Shown here: positions 10,831 to 22,691 of the stretch, piece after piece | How the letters are laid out: each line of letters starts with the position of its first letter | Numbering within the stretch: the first letter of the stretch is position 1 | Assembly (NCBI GenBank): GCA_002269645.1 | Contig: NIVC01001775.1 | Coordinates: 1 to 64,000 of the forward strand | DNA from: Macrostomum lignano | Lineage: Eukaryota | DNA: 64,000 nucleotides | Direction: 5' to 3' | The notes under the pieces: model-generated | Seen by the model: only the letters and a program-made list of their open reading frames with translations | The model's database searches: none | What the model was told of the DNA's origin: nothing | Translations under genes and position numbers: made by a program

Positions 10831-11770
10831 CATATCTCCGACACTTCATATCTCCGACACTTCATATCTCCGACACTTCACATCTCCAACACTTCCCAAC
10901 TCCGACACTTCATATCTCCAACACTCCATATCTCCGACACTTCATATCTCTGACACTTCATATATCCGACACTTCACATCTCCAACACTTCCCAACTCCG
11001 ACACTTCATATCTCCAACACTCCATATCTCCGACTTCACATCTCCGACACTTTACATCTCCAACACTCCATATCTCCGACACTTCATATCTCTGACACTT
11101 CATATCTCAGACACTTCACATCTCCAACACTCCATATCTCCGACTTCACATCTCCGACACTTTACATCTCCAACACTCCATATCTCCGACACTTCACATC
11201 TCCGACACTTCACATCTCCAACACTTCCCAACTCCGACACTTCATATCTCCGATATCTCATATCTCCGACACTTCATATCTTTGACACTTCATATCTCCG
11301 ACACTTCACATCTCCGACACTTCACATCTCCAACACTTCCCAACTCCGACACTTCATATCTCCGATATCTCATATCTCCGACACTTCATATCTTTGACAC
11401 TTCATATCTCCGACACTTCACATCTCCGACACTTCACATCTCCAACACTCCATATCTCCGACACTTCACATCTCCAACACTCCATATCTCCGACTTCACA
11501 TCTCCGACACTTCACATCTCCAACACTCCATATCTCCGACTTCGCATCTCCAACACTCCATATCTCCGACACTTCACATCTCCGACACTTCACATCTCCA
11601 ACACTCCATATCTCCGACTTCGCATCTCCAACACTTCACATCTCCAACACTCCATATCTCCGACACTTCACATCTCCAACACTCCATATCTCCGACACTT
11701 CACATCTCCAACACTCCATATCTCCAACACTTCACATCTCCAACACTCCATATCTCCGACACTTCACATC
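10831..11770. repeat. Minisatellite, about 16-bp unit CATATCTCCGACACTT with variants
   Basis: Direct reading of the tandem array. Confidence 0.95.
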
Positions 11771-12519
11771 CCAGACAAGCTTAGCAACAGACTTCATATG
11801 ATATGATATAAAGATATGGAGCGTCAGAGATATGAAATTTCGGAAATACGATTCGGAAATATGAAATTTCTGAGATATGAAAGCGCCCCAGCAGTACACA
11901 CAAGCCCAGAAAATAACTTGGATCGGACACTCGGACAGCCGACCAAGACAGCTGGGAAGGCAAGTCGCGGCAATAAAAAAAGATTTCCCATCAAAAATTG
12001 CTTTAAACAATTTCCTATTCAAGAGCGATTTCCAACAATTTGTTAGCAAATTGCTGGAAAAACAATTATAAGTAAAGCTTTGCTGTTTTGAAAATTTGCT
12101 GCAGGAAATTTTGCTTTGACTTTGTTTCGCAGCAGTTAACTACCTGGTCCATGCTGTTTTGCAAGCGAATTTTCGAAACAATTGATCAATTATATTCAAA
12201 CGGCTCTGCCGCTCTGCGGGCAGCCGAATTGGTCTATAAGACAGACAAACGAAAACGTCCCAATTTTCCTCCCTCAAAAAATAAATTGTGCCACAGGTGC
12301 GCCAGACGAAATTGCTCTGTTTTTTTTGCTTTGAAGCTTCCACTTGATTTGCGCTTCGAGTCTGCGACTGAAAATTTGTCGACAATTTTTTTAAATCATT
12401 TTTTCTCGAATTGGAGTTTAGTTGAGTCCGGTCTTGAGTCCAGATGGGGCAGAGGAGTCTATATCTGCATACACAAAAAGCTCACCTTCAAGAAAAAACA
12501 GGAAGGAATCTGAATCTAT

Positions 12520-12634
<115 letters not shown>

Positions 12635-13221
12635 CGAAGCTTATAAATTCCCATCCTACGGTTGGGAGTGTCCCAGGCAAAAGCAACCGTAATGGCTGTT
12701 TACGCCAGACAGCAGGACTCGATGGACGCCAGCTCCGAGTGGGCGACTAAATCACCGGTTGCCTACGCAAGGGCAGCTGGAAGCCCCCCCCCCCTTAGCT
12801 CCATCATTTGAAAAAATCTGCTGGCGCCGGCAGGTGAGCCAGCTGTGCTCAGCCAGTCGCCTACTCTTAACTCGCCTCCATCGCTCCCTCATCCACCGCT
12901 GTTTGCGTCAATAGAACTCAATAAACGGCTTCACTGAAAAACACACAAAAATCCAATTTTCATATTTCAACTCGCGTCTTTGAGTTACAGTAGATCTCTC
13001 TTCTCGTTTGAAGAATTTTTTTATAGACTTGTCAAACTAACAGCGAACTATAGGTTTGCTTCGAGTGTATTTTGTAACGGGTATAGCGGAATAGCGTGTA
13101 GTGATTGAATAAATTCGTAAGCGCTCTGTTTTGGTGGTAATAATTCTCTGCCTAGTAATTTGTTTCTCTAGCTAAATTAATTCTAGTAACGCATATATGA
13201 AACAATCATATTTTGATAGGT

Positions 13222-13234
13222 ATCTATCTGTCTG

Positions 13235-13280
<46 letters not shown>

Positions 13281-13310
13281 CATCTATCTATATATCTATC
13301 TATCTAGCTA
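13222..13310. repeat. (CTAT)n microsatellite
   Basis: Tetranucleotide array with a few variants. Confidence 0.9.
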
Positions 13311-13492
13311 GCTGTTTATCTACCTATATACTCGTAGTATCACGATATGTGTATCGTGACTAACTCCTCGTGTGCTAGATGCCTAGTGAGTAGCGACTAG
13401 TAGTAACAGGCTAGCATTATTTTGTATAGACCACCGAATCAGTATTTTATAAATATAATGAGTTAATTCAGAACGGCATTCAACCCGTCCAT

Positions 13493-15331
13493 TCACTTCT
13501 TCGGCTTCACCCGCTCAGCAGACGGGTGCTGGGCCATGGCCACCGAGCCCACATAGGCCATGGCGTAGTCTGTGCCGTTCCGCCTAGCCAGGATGTTGTA
13601 GCAGTTGGACGGTAACGACAGCAGCCGGCCGGGGCGCACTTTGGCGAATCTCGTTACTTGATTCTCCGGCTTCTTGCAGCAGTTCGGGTCGGACTTGATG
13701 GTGAACACGATCTCGCCAGCCAGGCCAACAATGTACACCTGGCCGTCGATGTCAGCCATCGTGTTAAGCGGCACTCGGTCAGTGTGCTCGGAGCCGAAGA
13801 ACAAAAACTGGCGCTGCAGATTAATCTCCAGTTCGCGCGATACGAAATGCGGCCGAAGGACAACGTTGCGGAAATGGCGCAACGCTTCGACGTGTCCGAA
13901 CTGCCAGACGACGGCAGAGTGGGTCGGCGGCGCGGCTGGGTCGGCGAACAGCTGCTGCGTGCTGGACACCCGGGGGCCGGACAGGGTGAAGAACCGGTTG
14001 AAGCCAATGTTCAGGTCGGCCTCGTTCGCCAGGGCGATGTCGCGAATGGTCTGGTAGCTCACTGGCTGCTGGATATGGTTGACGACGATGAAGGCCCGAG
14101 GGCGGCCGGTGCTCACCAGCTTGTCAAAGTTCTCCATCACCTATGGGGAGGCGGCATTGGAAACGAATTATTTATTTGGTTCAGGAAGGAAGGCAGGAAA
14201 GTCGTGAAATCTGAGTATATCCAGCGGCCAAAAGTACACTCGAATCTGTCTCAGTCAGCCCCCCTTAGAGTGCGAATAAGTCTTTGCCTTACAAATCCCC
14301 CCTGTGGATCTTGATAAGTCACTTGAAAAACATGATCGAAAATAGACTATAAGATCCTCTTAGCTGATGAATCTCATTTGGTTGAGCATCGTTTTGAGAA
14401 TACTTTAGAAAGGACATTCTGTGCAAAGCAGCTGCTTCACAGTTGAGCACGCAAACGGCTCTAATCATTTGATTGTTTGATAATTATTACTCTTATGTTT
14501 GAGTTTAGCTGAAAACGATTTTTTGATAATTTACAAATCACTCTACTACAAATAAAGCATAAGATGTGAGAATGCTGAAATCTTGCATTGACCTTCAAAT
14601 GGAGTGACGTCCATTAGATTTGATTGAGTGACGTCCATTAGATAAGATGGAGTAAATAAGATAGATTACACTAAGTTATACTATGGGTCTGTGGATTAGG
14701 AAAAATTTGGTCTCTGAGAAGTATTATCAAAAAAATGATTCAAGAAGCTAAGCAACCGATACTCCCACTATTTTTCCAGGCAGTACGCTACCTTCGGGAC
14801 GTCAGTAACTTTAGACAGCGTGACGTTGAACTTGCAGTTGCAGCACATCAGCGGCTTTCGATAGATCGGATTGCTCAACAAGCACTCTCCAGCCGCCAGT
14901 TCCTGAACGGAGTCCATTTTAGGCGTGCCGGTCCACACGGCAAGCTTGCGCACGATGTAATTCACGCCCAGAGAATAGTCAGTGTAGGCGTCGCTTCTCT
15001 GCCAGGCGTCAATCTGCGACTCGAAATAGAAGCTGACGGTGGCTGAGGCGGCGGCGTAGAGCAGGTAGATCAGCATGAAGCGCCAGGTCCAGCGCTTGAC
15101 GCAGCACCAGATTCGCGCCAACAGTGGCAAACGTTTCGACAACACGACTGGCAGATCGGTGCACCAAGGATAGGCCAGTCGGGCCTGGATATCCTCGGCG
15201 ACCCTGTCGCCCGCCGATTTGTCAAGCAAGTCGCGATTTTTATCTACGAGCTGATCGATTAGGGCAAAAGTTTTGGCTTCGGTTCCGCTTCCATTGCTCG
15301 TTGAGTTGGCTTTGCCAGTTCCAGCCTTCAT
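13493..15331 (-). CDS. Two-exon single-pass membrane protein with a Cys-rich segment and cupin-like C-terminus; C6orf89 (BRAP)-like; exons 15331-14792 and 14140-13493
   Basis: Phase-0 intron AAG|GTAGCG (14791) to CATAG|GTG (14141) joins the two ORFs. TM helix RFMLIYLLYAAASATVSFYF, then ECLLSNP..CCNC. Family assignment is from recalled architecture only. Confidence 0.6.
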
Positions 15332-16614
15332 GACTATAGTTAATTTGCTTATAAAATTCTAAACTCAAGAAAATTTTACTGCAGCACATTCACTCTCGGT
15401 CGGGCTTTGCGGGTTCGGAAATATAAACGCTGTGTGAGACTGGCTATTGACCCTCAAACCCCAAACCCAAGAGCAGCTGCAAACCCTCACCTAACCTGTG
15501 AGACAGACAGACTGCGCGCATCAACATGTCTCTGCAATGTGCATCTGTTGGCACGTTTTCGCCGCGTCATGTCTTCTCTTTCTGCTTTCTTCATTCATTC
15601 TCTCCCCCCCTCTCTTCCAGGGGTCAAGCCTTCTGACCATGACTCAGCAGAATCGAGGTGATGCACGTTGTTGTATGAAGTTTTTCATTAAAATTCACAG
15701 CCGCATTAGCTCGCGAATGCTCAAATACATTTGCTCATTCTTCTATTGTTAGATAATTGGCTGGCGAGCGCGCACAGTCGGGCACACCCCAAGACCTCTG
15801 ACCCCCATGCTCCTATTATATCTGCAAGCCGCACAAAACAGACAGAAAAGCTATGTATGGAAAAATTATAGCAAATGCAAACGCGCATAAGCGAGTGTGG
15901 AAATTCAAACAGAGCCTTTGCAAACAGAGAATTGCATTTTTGTTTACTGTCCATTTTCGTGACATTGTGGCGAACTCAGAAAATGTTCTGCTATTTGTTG
16001 ACTCCCGCAAAAGCTTCTTCATAGAAGTTTTTTTACTTCGTACCGTACTGGTCTCATTTTAGCTGTCTCAGCTGAGTCCGAAAAACATTAAAAGCCTATA
16101 TGAAGGTTCTTTACTTCAAATTCTAGTATATTGGACTTTAAAAATAAGCCAATGTGTTTGCTAATCCTATACGGCAATCCGGTTAATATGCTTTCCATTG
16201 TGCATTAAAATGGCGATCTTTACCATTTGTATCAACACGCTGGTCCTATGGGTAGAAGATACGACAGAGTTTTATTTCATTCACTTTTAGTAAAGACTAG
16301 CATAATTCGACCCGTTGACTTCTAGACTTCGTAAAGAGAAACTTCGTAAAGAAACTTCAAAACAGTTAGGACTTAAAACTGTATCCGACTTTATTTTAAC
16401 TCTATCTGACTCACCCCGTAGACTTTATCCAACTCAAATACCGTTTACTTTGTCAAAACTCCCATCCCGTTAGACTTATTCAACATTTCAAAAAACCCCT
16501 ATGCTCATTGGACTGTAAAAATTATATTGTCCATAAATATCAGTCAAACAAGAATCAAAGCAAAAAGCAAAGAAAGAATGTAATACTTTTAATAATGATG
16601 TAATGTAGCAAGCA

Positions 16615-17165
16615 ATCACCCAGACATCAAGCATCCCCCAGACAGCAAGCGTCCCCTAGATAGCAAGCATCTCCCAGACAGCAAGCATCCCCTAGATAGC
16701 AAGCATTCCTCAAACAGCCAGCATTCCTCAGACAGCAAGCATCCCCCAGACAGCCAGCATTCCTCAGACAGCAAGCATCCCCCAGACAGCCAGCATTCCT
16801 CAGACAGCAAGCATCCCACAGCAAGCATTCCCCAGACAGCCAGCATTCCTCAGACAGCCAGCATTCCTCAGACAGCAAGCATCCCCCAGACAGCCAGCAT
16901 TCCTCAGACAGCCAGCATTCCTCAGACAGCCAGCATTCCTCAGACAGCAAGCATCCCCCAGACAGCAAGCATCCCCCAGACAGCAAGCATCCCCCAGACA
17001 GCAAGCATCCCCCAGACAGCAAGCATCCCCCAGACAGCAAGCATACCCCAGACAGCAAGCATCCCCCAGACAGCAAGCATCCCCCAGACAGCAAGCATCC
17101 CCCAGACAGCAAGCATCCCCCAGACAGCAAGCATTCCCCAGACAGCAAGCATCCCCAAACAGCAC
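16615..17165. repeat. 18-bp minisatellite CAGACAGCAAGCATCCCC
   Basis: Tandem array; the spurious ORFs repeat every 6 aa. Confidence 0.95.
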
Positions 17166-18261
17166 GCAGCCTCAGCCACTGAGCATTTTTCTCTCCCTTG
17201 CATATACTATATAGTGGCGCAATACTTCAATACTTTTAAAGTGCACTGGCTGATTTCTCTCCCTTGTGCAAAAAAGCATGTTTTCGAATACTCGTATTTA
17301 ATTATTTATAGCTCGTAGCATCAGCTCAAGAAATTAAAGTTTAGTCTATGGCCATAAACGTATTATTATTTTTCGAGCTCTCACTGCGAGAAAAATACAC
17401 TAATTAGATAGGGAAAATACAGTTTTTCGAGTATTAAACCCCTTTAGCAATGAGCCAGAGCTTAATAAAATTGCAGGTACCATCCCGGGCACATTTGACA
17501 TCTTTTGGCGAAAAAACGGAGAAAATTGGTCTGGCCAATCGGCTTAAAACGTGAACCCACGCTTCGGTGATTGTCTATGGCCAAAACTGTGCATTAAGGA
17601 GAGCATTGAATTTCAGACAACAAGCAGCTAAACTCAGACTTTATACTCAGAACCATAAAAATGGTGTATTTTGTGATACAAAGAGCAAACAAATGATCAG
17701 GTGAATTTGAAGTTTGTGATGCAGAAAGCAAACAAGTCTGCAACTGCAATTGTGACCAAACTATCAGACCTCATGTGTGCTCAATCAGATGTTTTCACGG
17801 GCCAAGCAGCTGGGCAGGCAACCGCGATGACATCCACGCCTGGATCTGCGATTTTCTACAGTGCTATGGAACCCCCCAGCTTCATTTGCACGGTGGCCAT
17901 GACTTATCTTAAGTTAACTGCTCTGTTTTCAATTCAATGCTCTGTCTGTGCCACAGACCATAAGCAGTGTTTTTACCATAGACGAAAGTAGAAGCATTGG
18001 TCGACTATGATAGGCAGAGTCTTAAAAATGAATGCTTGAATTCTTCGATAAAATCAGAAATGAAAAATATTTCCCATTTATTTCGGCTCCCTGGGGTGGA
18101 AGGCTAGAGGCGCATATTTATTCGGCTTTGCCTCGGTCAATAGCCTTCGGCGCCCTCTGGCTTTCCCATTATCGCCCTTAAAGCCTGGGTAATGTTGTGA
18201 TTGTACCATAGACTGTGGCTGAGTTATACGAGCGCATGAGCTGCATTTATGAATATGGGCA

Positions 18262-18549
18262 TGGGGGTGTGTGGGCAAATGATAGGGGTGTGGGGGCAAA
18301 TGATAGGGGTGTGGGGGCAAATGATAGGGGTGTGGGGGCAAATGATAGGGGTGTGGGGGCAAATGATAGGGGTGTGGGGGCAAATGATAGGGGTGTGGGG
18401 GCAAATGATAGAGGTGTGGGGGCAAATGATAGGGGTGTGGGGGAAATGATAGGGGTGTGGGGGAAAATGATAGGGGTGTGGGGGCAAATGATAGGGGTGT
18501 GGGGGAAAATGATAGGGGTGTGGGGGCAAATGATAGGGGTGTGGGGGCA
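18262..18549. repeat. 21-bp G-rich minisatellite GGGGTGTGGGGGCAAATGATA
   Basis: Tandem array; G-runs could form G-quadruplexes. Confidence 0.95.
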
Positions 18550-18856
18550 AAGGCATAATGATTTAGTGAGAGCTATACAGTTCAATTATAAGAGAATGAA
18601 TAAAGAAGCGAAGAGAAGCTAAAAACGAGAGAAAGAAGCGAGACTGCTGCCATCATATTCAAGATCGACCATGCTGAACTACAAAGGAATTGCAGAGAAA
18701 GAAATTTCTGGTCTCTCATCGGACGAACTTTAATTCGTGACCATGCTAGTGTTGGACGGTGCAAGGAAGAAGCTGTTTCTCATTTCACGGGACTGCCAGT
18801 ACTTGAGGCCGAAATGATTTGATACTTTTCTGGCTGAAGTATCCACATGTCCGGCT

Positions 18857-20576
18857 ATGACTGACCAAGACCTGAATGACATTGCCAAGATGGAGGACAT
18901 GGGCAAAGTCTGGTCTACTGAGACGGCAACAGCTACGTACGCTGCTCGTTTCCGAAAGTTTCTTGAAGATCGAGGACTGCCACAACTCGTCTTACAACTT
19001 GAGACGATACCGACTCGATATGATGTGTTCCTTATTACCAAGACTCTTCTCAGTAATCAAAGAACACTCACTTCTAGCAAATGCTAGGCAACCCAGTAAT
19101 CAAATGAAGGTATCTGTTACCTTGAGTCCGGATGTGTAGAGCTCTTCCTTGTGTAGATCTCGATCTTCTTGACTCGTTAGACGTCTATGGTTCGTAGACC
19201 AGGTCCGAGTGCCTTTTACTTCTGCTGAAGTAGTTCCGACCGGTATCTGTCGTTCTGACCAATAGGAAGCTTCGAATTAATAATGGGATCCCGGCGCCAA
19301 ACTGCGGTTTCAAATAAGCTTTCTCCTTCTAGCAGTGCTTCACTGCACTCAAGGTATAGTTCCGGTAAGCGCTGATAGTCTTCTAAAATCTATCAGGGTA
19401 GTCCTTCTGGAGACTACGACCAATGGAGTCTAAACAGACTCAAGAGTCTCAACAGACTCTTACACTACAGCAATAGTGAGTCGACTCTAACACAAGGCGC
19501 AAATGAGTAAGGCTTACCGCAAAAACTCAAACGAGTCTCGGTTTGACTTGTCTTCAGGAAGTCTTCCTGGAGCTTCCTCTTCGGAGCTCTTTCTGGAGTC
19601 CAGAAAATCTGAAGCTCAGGACCGCTCCGAACCACTTGTATTTATAGGCAATCGGACCCCGCATGAGGTCATTGAGTTCATTGTCTTTAATGTCAAAGGT
19701 TCACGGATTGGTTGCTGTCAAACATGGCAAGGGTAGAAAGTTACTCCATTGGTTTAGTGTAAGCGCGCATGATTGGTTACCGTAGCCCCTTGGTCCAATC
19801 GGGAGATTGGGATTTTTCCTGTGCAAGACAAGTCTGTGTGCCCAGTTGAAGCGATCAAACGGTATCTTTCGAAGCTTCCATCTGAGAATAGCTGTCTGTT
19901 TCCCAGGCCTGCCATCGAGTGGCAGAATGGAGCATGGTATTGCCCAAAGGACGTACTGGGCAAGAACTCATTGGCCAACATGATGAAGACGATCTCGAAA
20001 GCGGCCAGGCTCTCGCGGGACTACACTAACCTTTCTATGCGATGGGCGCACAGAAACAGCCAAAATTTGTTAAGGCATTCCACTCTGCGGACTGTGAAAA
20101 ATGTTTAGTCTGCATGTACCGGAAATACGTCTCGATTCGTCCCGCCAAGTGCGCACCTGCTCTGCTTCTACGAGCGTATCCGTAAAAAAAACTGGACTCC
20201 AACCAATGAAAAGGCTTAGTACACAGTAAAATCGGTTGGCAAAAATATGCTTGCCAACCTCGTGAAGGACATCGTTTCTGAAGTTCGTCCGAACAGCACC
20301 ATACGGTATACAAACCAAAGCCTTCGCAAAGCGTGTGCAACACAGTTGCATGAGGCGGGCATTGAGCGAGGAGATATCGCCTGGGTCACCGGCCAATCTA
20401 CTGCCAAGGCGTTAGAACAGTATATTACCCAGTCAACTACTCGGCAGAAGATTCAGAGCGCCATTATTAGCGGGGACATCAAGGATGTCGCCACTCGTCA
20501 GGAGTGGAAACAGTGTGACGGTGTGCGAGGCCGAGACGGAGCTTACTATCGATTCATGCCGACCGCCTGCTCCTAA
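18857..20576 (+). mobile_element. Crypton-type tyrosine recombinase remnants (two different C-terminal modules in tandem)
   Basis: N-terminal piece 18857-19087 (STETATATYAARFRKFLEDRG). Module A 19773-20030 CPVEAIKRYLSKLP..LFPRP..WY..LGKNSLANMMKTISKAARLSRDYTN. Module B 20030-20576 KCLVCMYRKYVSIRP..VGKNML..YTNQSLRKACATQLHEAG..IAWVTGQSTAKALEQY. These match the DUF3504/YR HxLR...TGH...Y pattern. Confidence 0.8.
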
Positions 20577-21147
20577 GCGCATTGTGATCGAGGCCAACGG
20601 CGAGAACAACATTGTGAAGATTACTTTCGCCTAGATTCGTTGTGAGCACGCATGCGTGTACAATAACTATATACGAGCTCGTATCATTCTATACATCAAC
20701 AATATTAATTGATTCAAAGCTGTCCAAGTATGCACGTTATTAACTGCATTTACCCCACTTTTTATGCCTCTGGCAGCCGCAGACCCCCCCACGCTGTCTC
20801 GCAAGTCGACCCAGGGTACTCGTCCCCGCGTGTGTTCAAGGCAGTCCCTAGGGCTGCTGGACAGACTGGGCTCCGGCGCTGGCGACCCTATCCAGTGGCT
20901 TCGGCCGAATTTGGGTATGCGGGTCTGGCTCGCCAACCTGCAGGCCGTGGTACTGCTCAACGTACTCTCTAATGCCTAAGGTGTTGACCGTGCCGATGGG
21001 CTGGAAGGCCGGGGAGTAGTCCGGTCGCAAGCGGTCCCCCTCCTGGTGTCGGGCCAGCCTTGAGGGTGCTATTGGCCTACTGCCCGGTCAGGTGGAGCGG
21101 CCGGGTGGGTACCGCGCCCCTTTGAGGGTAGCCCACCAACCTTTATC

Positions 21148-22652
21148 ATGGCCTTCGAGCCGACTATGGATAACCAAGCTTTTTCTAGGGACGGGGACCC
21201 TTCTAAACCCCAACCTCAGTCCGAAGGACCGGCCGGCCCTGCTGGCAGATCCCAACCGACTGATTCAACTGTGGCAAAGGAAGCACCGGCTGGCTCTGCT
21301 GGCAGATCCGACCAGAGCTACCAAACTCAAAATACCCAAAGACCTGCTAGCTCCGCTGGTGGATCTAAGGGAACCGCGAGCTCTGAGCCTAAAGGACCGG
21401 CCAAATCTGGCAGATCCGATGAAGCTCAGCGGGCTCGGCTTGAGCGCAAACGCGCTAAACAACGCGCCAAAAGGTAGGCAAAGAAGGGAGCTGCGGGGGC
21501 CAAAGCGGCGGCGTCCACCATGGATGCTGAAGCGACTGGCGTCCCAAGGCAACCAGACGGGCCGGCCGGTGGAAGCTCCGGTAGTTCAGCGGCGGCGCTC
21601 CCTGGAGATGCTGCTGCGGCTGCTGAGGCCGAAACCACGGCGCAACAAATGGCCACTGCCAACAAGGAGGTTCCTTCGGGAGCTACCTTTGCGGCGAAGG
21701 CCAAGGCCAAAATCCCGGGAGTGATCATCCAAGGTCGCGACCAGGACTGGACCACTGATCAGCTTCAAAAAGTGTGGAGTGCTGTGACTCCTATCTGATT
21801 GAGCTGACTGTCGAGGAGGGAATCTCCATCGGCATTGAGCGGATGGTGCTGCGAAGCACATTCGTTCTTATTGCTCCTAGCAGCGAGGAGGACGCTCGGC
21901 AGCTGCTCCAGCGGCTACCGACGGTCTCCTTGGATGCTGACCTTGGCGGAGCTCTTTTTCTTCGCGAGGGCCAGCGTCCAAAGACGATACCCTATGTGGT
22001 TTTCGTCTCTGCTAAGAGCACCGCAGCTGGACCAGACGTTATTCGCCGGGTCCTACTGCGTCTGAACCCCGACCTCCCTGCTAGTGGACTGGTGTATCAC
22101 CGCAAAGTCCGCAGGGGGGAGACGGGCAACTCAATTGTCCTCGGCCTTTCCAGCACTTGGGCGAGTCGGTACCCTAACGGATCCTCTTTCCAGCTGGGTG
22201 CCCTCAAGCTCAAGATGCGCCGAGGAAAGTCTGCCAAAGGGAAGGCTACTGCCAACCCCGGCATCTCCGGCAAGAGCGGGGCGCAGTCTAAGGCCCAAGG
22301 AAAGGCGCAAGCCGATCCCAAAGCCAAAGCTGCATCTCGCCCCTCTGCTAGCAGCAGTTCGGCGACCGCGGTAACGGCTCCGGCCAAGCCCCGGGAACCA
22401 AACCTGCCAGTCGGAGAAGGAGTTGAGGACGAGGCCGGGTCTTCGGAATCCGAGCTCTCCTCGGCCACCCTGGTGGGGTCTGAAGGTAAAGATGCAGATG
22501 AGGAAGCTTCCTCCACCCTGTCATCGGAGCCTGAGGACTCTGCTGGGGGGGCCGGTGGGGGTGAGGAGGCCATGGACGTCGACCAACTCCCATCCCCCAG
22601 TCAAGCCCCAGCGGCCTGGGACGAGGACGATCTGTTGTCCAAGTCTCCTTGA
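21148..22652 (+). pseudogene. LINE ORF1 (low-complexity N-terminus plus DUF4780-like region), disrupted
   Basis: In-frame TAG at 21475-21477 between ORFs 21148 and 21520 (same frame), and a -1 frameshift near 21786 (GCTGTG[G]ACTCC gives AVDSYL) into ORF 21774-22652. Confidence 0.7.
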
Positions 22653-22691
22653 TGGCCCTGGGCTCTAGCCAGAAATTGCATTTAATACAGT

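Noticed and set aside
15445-15500. Telomere-like AAACCC / CCTAACC words
   Set aside because: Only a few degenerate units, no (TTAGGG)n array.
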